Shown here piece by piece: positions 1-9,198 of a stretch of 64,000 bases of DNA. The notes beneath the pieces were generated by a model. It was not told the DNA's origin. It saw only the letters and a list, made by a program, of their open reading frames with translations, and did not search any database. The DNA is from a virus. The DNA is taken from positions 13,649-77,648 of IMG/VR virus record IMGVR_UViG_3300034175_000063; one strand, 5' to 3'. Both the position numbers and the translations under genes were made by a program. The stretch's first letter is position 1, and each line of letters opens with the position of its first letter.

Positions 1-2
1 CC

Positions 3-2015
3 ATGGCTCTGGCTGGCGTAGCGGGCCAGGAGGAGCGTCGCAAGGAGCACGGCAGGTTCGTGCCCAACCCGGCCGTCCGGGCCGCCCTGAAGGCGTTTTT
101 CACGTCCTACAAGGGCCGTCTGATCTGGCATAGCGCCGGCTACGACGTCAAAGTGATCATTTACACCCTCTGGATGAATGGTCCGGACGATACGGCCGGT
201 CTGCTTGAGGGACTGGAAATCATGTACCGGTTGGAAGGTCATGGCATCGACGACACCAAGATCATCACCTACCTGGCCACAAACTCCACTGCGGGCAACA
301 CCCTGGGCCTGAAAGCCAATGCCCAAGAGTTCGCCGGCAACTGGGGCAAGGAAGACATCAAGGACATCAAGCTGATCCCGCTCCCCGAGCTGCTGCAGTA
401 CAACGGGGTGGACTGCTTGTCGACCAACTTCGTCCATGCCAAGTATTGGGGCCGCATGGTCGCTGACCAGCAGCTGGACCTGTATCACGACTTCATGCTG
501 CCGAGCCAGAAGGTGATCACCCAGATCGAGCTGACCGGCATGCCGATGAGCCGGGCCAAGATCGACGAGATCGAGGTCAAGCTGACCGCCATCGACACCG
601 CCTTCCAGGCGGTTGTACGCAAGCAGCCGATCGTCGCCAGGTTTGAAGCCTGGAAGACGGACCAGTTGTGGCAGAAGGACTACGAGGAACGCCGCGACAA
701 AGCCAAGAATCCTGACAAGATCCTGCCGAAGGACCGGGCCGCATTCCCGCAGCACGTTTTCAATCCGGGCTCGGGGCCGCAGCTGCAGATCCTGCTGTAC
801 GACATGCTCGGGCTGCCAGTGGTGGACACCACCGAGACTGGTCTGCCGTCCACCGGCGAAGATACCCTGACCAAGCTGCTCGATCACCCGATCGGTGTGG
901 CCAACAAGGCACTGATCGAAGCATTGATCGGTATCAGCCAGGTCAGCACCATCCTGTCCACGTTCGTGCCGGCATTCAAGCGGGCCATCGACCGTGACGG
1001 CAGCGGCATCGTCTGGCTCCACGGGAACTTCAACGTGGGTGGGACAGTCTCGGGCCGGCTCAGCTCATCCGATCCGAACCTGCAGAACATCCCAGCGAAG
1101 AGCATCTTCGCCAAGCTGATCAAGGAAGCCTTCATGGGTCCGGCCGGATGGGTCTTCGCCGGCGCCGACTTCAACTCGCTTGAGGACATGATCTCGGCCT
1201 TGACCACCAAGGATCCAAACAAGCTGAAGGTCTACACCGACGGCTTCGATGGACACTGCCTGCGCGCGGCGTACTACTACCGTGACCAGCTGATGCACAT
1301 CGACGTGAACGATCCAGTGTCGGTGAACAGCATCAAGAAGACGCACGAGGATCTGCGTCAGGAATCGAAGATCCCTACCTTCGCCCTGACGTACCAAGGC
1401 ACCTACCACACCCTGATGAAAAATCTGGGCTGGCCACAGGAGAAGGCTCAACGCATCGAGCTCAACTACCACCAGATGTATGTGGTGTCCGACCAGTATG
1501 TGCAAGGCAAGCTGAAGGATGCAACCGTCACCGGCTACGTTACCGTGGCCTTCGGCCTGCGTGTCCGGACGCCGCTGCTGGGCCAGACGATCTGGGGTGC
1601 AGCACGCACCCCATACCAGGCCGCGGCCGAAGGTCGCACTGCCGGCAACGCGCTCGGCCAGTCCTACTGCATGTTGACCAGCCGATCCATGATCGACTTC
1701 ATGCAGAAAGTCTGGAAGTCGCCGTACCGGCTCGACATCAAGCCATGCGCAATGATCCACGACGCCAACTATGTGCTGTTCCGGGAAGATCCGGTCATCG
1801 CAGAATGGGTGAACCGTGAGCTGATCATCAGCATGCAATGGCAGAAGCTGCCGGAGATCCAGCACCCGACCGTGAAGCTCGGCGCCGCGCTGGAGATCTT
1901 CTGGCCAAGCTGGGCAAACGCCATCACCTTGCCGAACGGTGCCACTGCCGACGAGATCGTGGCCGTGTGCGTCAAGGCCAAGCACGACTACCTCAATCCG
2001 AAACCGAAACCATAG
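3..2015 (+). CDS. DNA polymerase, family A (N4 gp39-like); probably 5'-truncated by the window edge
   Basis: Exonuclease motifs (YDVK, YNGVD), GTVSGRLSSSDPNLQNIP, motif A ADFNSLE, motif B RQESKIPTFALTYQG, motif C IHDA. Confidence 0.95.
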   Translation: MALAGVAGQEERRKEHGRFVPNPAVRAALKAFFTSYKGRLIWHSAGYDVKVIIYTLWMNGPDDTAGLLEGLEIMYRLEGHGIDDTKIITYLATNSTAGNTLGLKANAQEFAGNWGKEDIKDIKLIPLPELLQYNGVDCLSTNFVHAKYWGRMVADQQLDLYHDFMLPSQKVITQIELTGMPMSRAKIDEIEVKLTAIDTAFQAVVRKQPIVARFEAWKTDQLWQKDYEERRDKAKNPDKILPKDRAAFPQHVFNPGSGPQLQILLYDMLGLPVVDTTETGLPSTGEDTLTKLLDHPIGVANKALIEALIGISQVSTILSTFVPAFKRAIDRDGSGIVWLHGNFNVGGTVSGRLSSSDPNLQNIPAKSIFAKLIKEAFMGPAGWVFAGADFNSLEDMISALTTKDPNKLKVYTDGFDGHCLRAAYYYRDQLMHIDVNDPVSVNSIKKTHEDLRQESKIPTFALTYQGTYHTLMKNLGWPQEKAQRIELNYHQMYVVSDQYVQGKLKDATVTGYVTVAFGLRVRTPLLGQTIWGAARTPYQAAAEGRTAGNALGQSYCMLTSRSMIDFMQKVWKSPYRLDIKPCAMIHDANYVLFREDPVIAEWVNRELIISMQWQKLPEIQHPTVKLGAALEIFWPSWANAITLPNGATADEIVAVCVKAKHDYLNPKPKP

Positions 2016-2023
2016 GAGGCCAC

Positions 2024-2233
2024 ATGGCCAGTTACACAATGATCGTCACGTTCGACGCTAACAACGTCGACATGGCCCTGGCCGTGCAGTCCGAGATATA
2101 CAACGGCATGCAGGATGCAATCGACAGTGGCGAGATCGAAGGCGTGGAGTTCTTCACGACTGAAGAGCCCATGGTCAAGTGCAAGCGTCCCCCGGAAGGG
2201 GTTGATCCATTTCCACCAGAGGTGAAAGCATGA
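2024..2233 (+). CDS. hypothetical protein (69 aa, MASYTMIVTF...)
   Basis: AGGAGG SD before ATG 2024; stop overlaps next start. Confidence 0.7.
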   Translation: MASYTMIVTFDANNVDMALAVQSEIYNGMQDAIDSGEIEGVEFFTTEEPMVKCKRPPEGVDPFPPEVKA

Positions 2234-2481
2234 TTCAACTGAGTTTGGTCCCCGAAGAGGATCTCACCATCGACGGCCGCGCCGTCATCGAAGATCAGGA
2301 TGGCAACATGGTAGCCCTGGTTGAAGAGCGCAAGGATGCAGTCGAGATCGTGAACGCATGCCGCGTCTACGATTCCTGGCTGAAGACCATGCTGTGGATC
2401 CATAACAACCCCGGCGTACATCAGAACAATATTCGTACCCAGGTGGCGGCCGACCTGAAGGAAGCGGGCCTACTACCATGA
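2230..2481 (+). CDS. hypothetical protein
   Basis: ATGA-coupled to both neighbours, phage-like codon use. Confidence 0.7.
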   Translation: MIQLSLVPEEDLTIDGRAVIEDQDGNMVALVEERKDAVEIVNACRVYDSWLKTMLWIHNNPGVHQNNIRTQVAADLKEAGLLP

Positions 2482-2756
2482 AGACCTTCGCCACCAAAAT
2501 CAATGACATCCCTTGCACGGTTGTGGTCACGCATTACGCGCCGGCCATTCCGGACAAGGTGTCTGGTCCCATGGAAGACGCCGAGGAGGGTAGCGACGTC
2601 GAGTTCGAGTTTTATCTGCTCGACGATCGCAACATCCGCGCCCCCTGGCTTTACCGCCAGGTCACCGAAGCAGATTTCAATCGCATCCTGGATGAGTTTG
2701 AAATCACCCTGCTGGAAGAGAAGCACCTTTACGGAGCTGACGACCATGACCGATAA
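2478..2756 (+). CDS. hypothetical phage protein
   Basis: Coupled ORF; acidic small protein with FEFYLLDDR..RAPWL motif. Confidence 0.7.
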   Translation: MKTFATKINDIPCTVVVTHYAPAIPDKVSGPMEDAEEGSDVEFEFYLLDDRNIRAPWLYRQVTEADFNRILDEFEITLLEEKHLYGADDHDR

Positions 2757-2985
2757 AAACTGCACCATCTGCAACAAGCCGATCGTCCTCGTGCCGTCGG
2801 CAGCCGAACGTGCTGCCAAAGACCTGGCCGGCAAATCGGCCAGCTATTACACCAGCCTGTTCACCACCCACAGTGAATGTGCTGTAGCGCAGCGTAGTGA
2901 ACAAGCCCGCCAGCTCATGGTTTCAGGCCAACACAAGGCGGCCAACTACGTTCATCCACACCTCAATACCGACTCACTCGAATAG
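2746..2985 (+). CDS. small putative Zn-binding protein (CxxC...HxxC)
   Basis: GGAG SD before ATG 2746; MTDKNCTICNKPIVLVPSAAERA...TTHSEC. Confidence 0.65.
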   Translation: MTDKNCTICNKPIVLVPSAAERAAKDLAGKSASYYTSLFTTHSECAVAQRSEQARQLMVSGQHKAANYVHPHLNTDSLE

Positions 2986-2996
2986 AAGGAATCACC

Positions 2997-5465
2997 ATGC
3001 AAGTTGCACACCAACAGGACCACATCACCCACGCTGTTATCGGAGGCGCGGCAACCATCGACTTCGGTATCAGCAGCAGCGCCGAGTTCTTCAACATCCT
3101 GTCCAGCACGCTGTACAAGGACCAGATCCTCGCCGTGGTGCGTGAAGTCCTGTGCAACGCATGGGATGCCCACATCGAAGCCGGCATCATCGACCGTGCG
3201 GTCGAGATCACCCTGCTCGAAGACAAGTTCACCATCCGTGACTTCGGCACCGGTATTCACCGCAATGACATGGGCCAGATCTACGGCACCTATGGCAACA
3301 GCACGAAGAAGAACGACGGTCAGCAGACGGGCGGCTTCGGCCTCGGCTGCAAAGCACCGTTCGCCTACACCGACCACTTCGAGGTGATCTCCCACCACGA
3401 CGGCGTACGCACGATCTACAACCTGAGCAAGTCGTCGGCCGCCGCCCGCGGCAAGCCGGGCATCGTCCCGATCGCTTCGTTCCCAACGACGGAATCGGGC
3501 CTGCAGGTGTCGATCGACATCCACAACGCCACCGACTTCAAACGCTTCCAGCGTCTCGTGCGTCGTATCGCTCGCAATGGCGACATGAACATGAAGGTGA
3601 ACGGCGATCAGATCAGCAAGCTCGGCTTCGACACCGTTGAATCGAACTACCTGATCACGCTGGACCAGCAGCAAGAAATCATGGACGCCGATGGCCAACG
3701 TATCATGGTCCGCTACGGCAATGTGATCTACCCGGTTGACCGGGCCGGCTCCATTTCTCTTGGCTTCGACCAGGTGGTCGGTCACCTCGACAAGCTGAAG
3801 GTCGGCCACAGCCGTTCGTACTCGATCATCTTCCAGGCACCGCCGCACTCCATCTCGGTCACCCCGAGCCGGGAATCGCTGTCGATGCAAGAGCACACCG
3901 TTGCAACGCTGAACGGTTTGTTTGCTGGCTTCATGGAAGAGGTCAATGGTGGCTTCGTTCCGGCCTGTCACGCCTACGCGGAAATGGCAGTAAAGATGGC
4001 CGTGGCCCAAACCATGCGCAAAGATCTGCTGTCGCGCGAATGTAAGCTGCCGTACGTCATGGACAAAAGCACGCCGAACAAGATCAGTGATTTGGTGACC
4101 ATGGCACGTCGCTACATGGAGTCGAACTACCCAAGTGGTTTGGCCTTCCGCAAGAAGGACATCACCTGGCGCCTCGAAGGCATGGCCGCGTCTGGCCAGC
4201 TGGACCGTGGCATGGTGCAGACCTTCATGCGTGAGCTGGCCAACGTGACGACGACGAAGAACTGCGACGAGTGGGACTTCCCGAAAGAGCAGCGGACCAT
4301 GTGGCTGCAGCGGCACGTCATCGCCCCGATCATCAACAAGATGGGCAAGGCTGGCATCGACTACACCCGGCTGTACGTTCTCGACAAAGAGGACACGCGG
4401 GTGCCGGACAACTACTACTACAAGGACAAGGAGCCAATCGCTTTGGCCACTGACGCTCGGCCAATGCATTTGTTCAACACGCTGCCGTACATGCGCAAGA
4501 TCGTGGTGGTCAGCACCTCGGCGAAGGGTATCCATGATCGCGCCAAGCGGCATGATGTGCTCAAGACCCTGGGCACCGAGCATGGCTACCTGTTCTTCAA
4601 AGCCAGCATGAAAAAGAAGGAGCGTGAAACGGAGCTCGCCTTCTTCAAGGCACTCGGCATGGTCGTGGTCGACCTCACATTCCGTCAGGAGTGGGAAGCT
4701 TCACCATCGCGCTCGAGCGGTCCCCGCAAACCAGCAAGGAAAGGATTGCCGTCACTGAAAGCGATGAAGCTGAGCGATGGCTCGGTCGACACGCAGCAGG
4801 TTAAGCAGGACACCGTTCTGCGTATCGTTAATCCGGAATTCTCGGTGTGCGTGTCACTGCGCAAAGAGAACCCCTCCAGCATGCTGGGCCGGTTCGATGG
4901 CAAGTGCACGTCGCACATCATTGACTTATGGGGCGACAAAGGCGTCATCATCAACAACTCAACGTTGCATGAGAAGGCCATCAAGGCCGGCGCCATGGAG
5001 CTCGAAGCCTATGTGGAAAAGAAGGTCGTTGAAGTCATGCTCAACAGCCCACGGATCCTCGAATACTGGGCTTTTGATCGTCAACGTGCGTGTGACCACT
5101 TCACGGTTTATAGCGATGAGGCGGCCGAGATGATCAAGGTCGTCTACAACAGTGAGCTGCTGCGCAACCAGTTCCAGCTGGTGAACAACCTCACCGACGA
5201 CGAGAAGAAGATCATCCCGTTGTACCGTACGTTGCAGCAGCTGCAGCGTTATGGCCTGTCGGCCGAAATGAAGGCGGTTGAAAAACTGCTGGCCGACGTG
5301 CCGATTGATCCTCTCAACGGTGTGCTCATCGAGAAGTTCCGGCACCCTAATCCGCTGCTTGCGGTGTTTGATAAAAAAGCCCTTACCCGCATGCTGCGCA
5401 AGGCTAGTCCTACCAGCCCACAAATCATAAAGATGACCCAGATCCTGGCCATCGCCCTTAACTAA
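2997..5465 (+). CDS. rIIA: rIIA-like protein
   Basis: N-terminal GHKL-type ATPase motifs (REVLCNAWDAH, IRDFGTGI, STK...GGFGLGCKAPFAY); paired with rIIB. Confidence 0.9.
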   Translation: MQVAHQQDHITHAVIGGAATIDFGISSSAEFFNILSSTLYKDQILAVVREVLCNAWDAHIEAGIIDRAVEITLLEDKFTIRDFGTGIHRNDMGQIYGTYGNSTKKNDGQQTGGFGLGCKAPFAYTDHFEVISHHDGVRTIYNLSKSSAAARGKPGIVPIASFPTTESGLQVSIDIHNATDFKRFQRLVRRIARNGDMNMKVNGDQISKLGFDTVESNYLITLDQQQEIMDADGQRIMVRYGNVIYPVDRAGSISLGFDQVVGHLDKLKVGHSRSYSIIFQAPPHSISVTPSRESLSMQEHTVATLNGLFAGFMEEVNGGFVPACHAYAEMAVKMAVAQTMRKDLLSRECKLPYVMDKSTPNKISDLVTMARRYMESNYPSGLAFRKKDITWRLEGMAASGQLDRGMVQTFMRELANVTTTKNCDEWDFPKEQRTMWLQRHVIAPIINKMGKAGIDYTRLYVLDKEDTRVPDNYYYKDKEPIALATDARPMHLFNTLPYMRKIVVVSTSAKGIHDRAKRHDVLKTLGTEHGYLFFKASMKKKERETELAFFKALGMVVVDLTFRQEWEASPSRSSGPRKPARKGLPSLKAMKLSDGSVDTQQVKQDTVLRIVNPEFSVCVSLRKENPSSMLGRFDGKCTSHIIDLWGDKGVIINNSTLHEKAIKAGAMELEAYVEKKVVEVMLNSPRILEYWAFDRQRACDHFTVYSDEAAEMIKVVYNSELLRNQFQLVNNLTDDEKKIIPLYRTLQQLQRYGLSAEMKAVEKLLADVPIDPLNGVLIEKFRHPNPLLAVFDKKALTRMLRKASPTSPQIIKMTQILAIALN

Positions 5466-5474
5466 GGAAACCCC

Positions 5475-7997
5475 ATGAATCATAAAACAATCCGCGTCGT
5501 TGCCGCGGTAGTGGATACGCGCAACCTCACGCTGTACAAAGAGGACGGCACCACCGTCGTCATCGCTCAAGGTGATGTACGCCTGCGCAAGATCGTCGAA
5601 CAGGCAGCACCACAGCTGGTCCGCAATGGCTGGGCCGACGTCGACATCAGCCAGCCCGAAGAACCTTCCTATGCGGACTTTGAAAAGGAGGGCAGCGGTG
5701 CTGTGAAATTCTTTCGCATCGCCAAGTCGAAGTTGAAGCAGCTTTTTGCTGCTGAACCTGCTCCTGTCGACATGACGCCGGTGCCACCGTTGTCCATCGG
5801 TCCCGTGCCTGTGTCGGCTTCGCCGACGGCACTTCCCGATGTCCTGCCGGTGACCCCAGCTGCTCTTACCACGGCGGCTGCACACCTGGAAATCATGCAG
5901 GCCAACGCCGACATGATCAGCGATACGCTGGGCGTGGCCCGTCAGAACTGGGTCAATGTGGTGGCAGCCGTTGCTGCGGCGCCTGGTGCTGACATCACGC
6001 CGGCACCGGTGGTGACCTCCAGCCCGTTCCCAGGTGTTGGCCAGGATGGTGATCCACAGGTGGATGACGAGCCAGAAGAAGAGGTCATCCAGCATGAACC
6101 TTCCGAGCCGGCCGTCAAGCACACCATGAACGTCGTCAACGAAATCCTGAAGCACGCCGTCCCGGTGAGCTCGCCGGAATTCCACGAAGAGACGGTGGCC
6201 AAGCAGGGCAACGTGGTGGAAGAATCGGGTAGCACCGACAAAGGCCACGGCGACGACAGCAAGCCCGACACCATCATCGCAGTGGTGGATGGCAAGGTGA
6301 TCCCCGGTATGGAACGCATCAAGACGCAGTTCGGTCGTGCAGCGAAGCTGGGCAGCACTGCCGGCGTCGAAGCATTCCTGAAGCGCCTGGCGTCCACCAT
6401 CGAAGCCCGGTCGCACTCGGTTGAAGACCTGCTCAAGTTCCTAGAGCGGGCCGATCTGCCGATCGCCGACGACGGCAGCATCCTGATCTACAAGGTGCTA
6501 CGCAAGAACAGCACCACCGGCAAGTACGTGGACTGTCACACCCGCAAGGTGGAACAGTTCGTCGGCGCCTACGTATGCATGGATCCGTCGCTGGTCGACC
6601 ACAACCGCAACAACGAGTGCAGCAATGGACTCCACGTCGCGCGCCGTGGTTACATTCGCAGCTTCAGCGGCGATGTGTGCGTGTTGGCCAAGCTGGCACC
6701 GGAAGATGTCATCACAATTCCGGTCTACGACGCCAACAAGATGCGTGTCTGCGGCTACCACATCATCGCTGAGCTTTCCCAGGCCCAGTACCAGCGTCTG
6801 CGGGAGAACCTGCCGATCACCAACACCGAAGACGGGCAGAAGTTGCTCGCCCAGATGATGGCCGGCAATCACATCCGTCGCACACATGAAGTCCGTATCA
6901 CGGGCGGCATGGGTGAAGGCGTGAAGACCACGGAGATCCCGGAACGCAAGGTCACCATGGCCGACATTCCAGCCTCCCTGGTTTCGGCAGCCGCCGACGC
7001 TATCGAGATCTTCGGTGACGACGAGCTCGAGCACTTCGCAGCACAGCAACGCGCAAGCGAGGCCGTGCCGGCGCCGGTGTCCGATATCCAGAATCGCGTG
7101 TTCGCCATCGTGCACGAGCAACTGGGTGTGGAGCTGGACGACATTGAGCTCGACTCGAACTTGTCGAGCGATCTTGGTGCTGACTCGCTGGACGAAGTGG
7201 AACTGGTGATGTGCATTGAAGACGAATTCAATGTGGAGATCCCCGATGAAGCCGCTGAAAGCGTCAACACCGTGGGCGACATCATCACCTACATCGAAAA
7301 GCGTCTTGGTGTGGTGCCTGCTGCACCGGTACACACGCCGGTCAAGCCGGCCCCCGTGCTGGCAGTAGCATTGTCCAACCCGGATGGTCCGCAGTCCGAC
7401 ACCCCAACCGATCCATTGGACGTGGTGAAGACCGTGGCCAAGGTGACCGAAGAGGTACAGCTCTCCCGCAAGGAGCAGGCAAAGGCTCTGTACGACGCCT
7501 GGAACACCGCAGCTGACGCCGACAAGGCTGACCGCTACGCAGCCCTGCTGGCATTCAAAAAGGCCGCCAAGAAGGGCTGGGACGTGCTGGGGATCCCTGA
7601 TCCCACGGTGAAGGTAAAAGGGACCGTCAAGGTTGCCCTGGCGCCGAAGCCGAACACCACGCCAAAGCTGTTCCCTGCAGTCGAGGAAGTGAAGCCAAAG
7701 CCAGCTCACGCTGATGCTGTGGCCAAGCTCGATCGCAAGGTGGTGAAAGGCGACAAGAGCTTGCCAGTGGCGTCCAAGACCCCTCCGATGCCGAAGGTAC
7801 AGCCCCCGGCTGAAACCAGCAAGGAAGATGGGCCGCCGAAGATGCGTATCGCCAAGCTGCTGGCCATTGGCCTGGACAGTGCCGGCATCGCAGCATCCGT
7901 GCTGGCCATCAAGAAGTCAGCGAAGAAGAGCTGGGAGATCCTGGGTGTATCCGAAGCCCAGGTCGCCGAGATCTTGAAGCAGACCGGGAAGTCCTAA
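5475..7997 (+). CDS. rIIB: rIIB-like protein carrying an internal acyl carrier protein domain
   Basis: rIIB core ([51 protein letters not shown]); ACP-like insert at aa 536-611. Confidence 0.88.
   Translation: [840 protein letters not shown]
7080..7307 (+). other. acyl carrier protein (AcpP-like) domain inside rIIB; phosphopantetheine-site Ser at 7185-7187
   Basis: [17 protein letters not shown]...[46 protein letters not shown] is collinear with bacterial AcpP; the Ser is residue 36 of the domain. Confidence 0.92.
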
Positions 7998-8003
7998 AAA
8001 CAG

Positions 8004-8029
8004 AAAAGCCCCCAGTGTATCGGGGGCTT
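8004..8029. terminator. intrinsic terminator between convergent rIIB and lysis module (T-tract on the minus strand)
   Basis: AAGCCCCC-8nt-GGGGGCTT stem with an A-run on its left. Confidence 0.75.
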
Positions 8030-8068
8030 CGCTGTAGATGGGATCACCTTCCTTTCGATGGGACGAAA

Positions 8069-8227
8069 TCAGTGGCCTTCGCAAGGGTGTCGGGCATCAC
8101 GCCCTTCATCATTGCAGTCTGGACAGAACGGTCGGTAGACGGCGCCATTGCCGCCTTCCGGCCTTTCATCCTCTTCCTTCTTGGCTTGACCGTTGACGAC
8201 GAGCAGCTGAGCAAGAAAGGACATCAT
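8069..8227 (-). CDS. 52-aa Cys/His-containing protein at the end of the lysis operon (absent from ORF track)
   Basis: GGAGG SD, ATGA overlap with o-spanin stop; MMSFLAQLLVVNGQ...FCPDCNDEGRDARHPCEGH. Confidence 0.6.
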   Translation of the reverse strand: MMSFLAQLLVVNGQAKKEEDERPEGGNGAVYRPFCPDCNDEGRDARHPCEGH

Positions 8228-8517
8228 TTTTTACCTCCAGCGAGCGCCGCGGTGCGGCATTCGTAGTATTGACCGGCTACCCGAGCCAGCATTGTGCTGG
8301 TCGTCCCAAACAGATCATCGGATAGGAGAGACAGTTCGGGGCACGCTGCCACCACTGTCGCGTCCGGCCCCACCTGCTTTGCCGGAGAGGGCATCGTTGA
8401 GCAACCGAAAAGCATCAGGATCATGCTTGCAATCCCGATACACAGGATTGTCTCGTACGATCGTTTCCACTTTTCCTTGAATGGTGGTATTGCGAACTTT
8501 AATTTTTGCAATTTCAC
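8224..8517 (-). CDS. o-spanin (Rz1-like lipoprotein)
   Basis: Overlaps i-spanin in another frame; lipobox LFGC; Pro-rich with CPEL and YYEC; AAGGAG SD before GTG 8517. Confidence 0.8.
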   Translation of the reverse strand: MKLQKLKFAIPPFKEKWKRSYETILCIGIASMILMLFGCSTMPSPAKQVGPDATVVAACPELSLLSDDLFGTTSTMLARVAGQYYECRTAALAGGKK

Positions 8518-8683
8518 TTGCGGCTCCTTGCCGTGCAATTTCACGAGTATCTTCGATAGCCTGTTTGATTTCGGCTGCTTTGGCCAATTGGCTGTCCTTA
8601 CCGACGCCGGTGCCGTACCAGTACGAACCGCCTATCGAAGCCACCCAGATAACAACTGCAGCTAACGCTGCCCACGGGTTCAT
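8315..8683 (-). CDS. i-spanin (Rz-like)
   Basis: Single N-terminal TM helix, helical periplasmic part, C-terminal Cys (PVYRDC); directly after endolysin. Confidence 0.82.
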   Translation of the reverse strand: MNPWAALAAVVIWVASIGGSYWYGTGVGKDSQLAKAAEIKQAIEDTREIARQGAASEIAKIKVRNTTIQGKVETIVRDNPVYRDCKHDPDAFRLLNDALSGKAGGAGRDSGGSVPRTVSPIR

Positions 8684-9198
8684 TGCGCCCCCATGCAGGT
8701 TTTGTAACGAGCCTGCTGGCGCTCCCATACGCCCCAGCATCGTTGATTGGGTCGACCGTTCACCAAGGTGGAACAGTCGTACCCGCCTGAGAACTTATAT
8801 GCCAACAGCGCCCCGCAAGCGCCTGCATAGTCGGCCCGCAGGAGCTTGGTCCGCATGGACGAGCCCGACCAGGCGCCCGTGCCGTATTGGTAGACCCAAT
8901 CCATGTAGGTGTCGTACTCGACCTGACTGAGCTGCACACCAGGCATCGAGTTGCGGAAGATGACTTCTTCCTTGGTGATGTGCACCTGGGCGACGCGCAG
9001 CGCGCGCACTGGGGTGACCTTCTGACCCATCTGGACCGGCTTGCCGTCTTCCCAGAAGGTAGAACCGTAGCCAACCGTTGGCCGGTCGTTCTTGGTGGGG
9101 ATCACAGCACTGTCGGTGAAGCCTTCATGCGACACCAGGCCGATAAAGGCCATGGCACTGAGCATGAGGCCGGCGACGGCCATACGTGGTTTACTCAT
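8680..9198 (-). CDS. SAR-type endolysin, GH24/T4-lysozyme family
   Basis: Weakly hydrophobic Ala/Gly-rich N-terminus, HEG...PTVGYGST, YQYGTGAW..SSM, CWGVWERQ. Confidence 0.88.
   Translation of the reverse strand: MSKPRMAVAGLMLSAMAFIGLVSHEGFTDSAVIPTKNDRPTVGYGSTFWEDGKPVQMGQKVTPVRALRVAQVHITKEEVIFRNSMPGVQLSQVEYDTYMDWVYQYGTGAWSGSSMRTKLLRADYAGACGALLAYKFSGGYDCSTLVNGRPNQRCWGVWERQQARYKTCMGAQ

Noticed and set aside
7077-7310. Stand-alone acpP gene starting at GTG 7077
   Set aside because: No well-spaced SD and no stop until 7997; it is in frame with rIIB on both sides, although an internal start cannot be fully excluded
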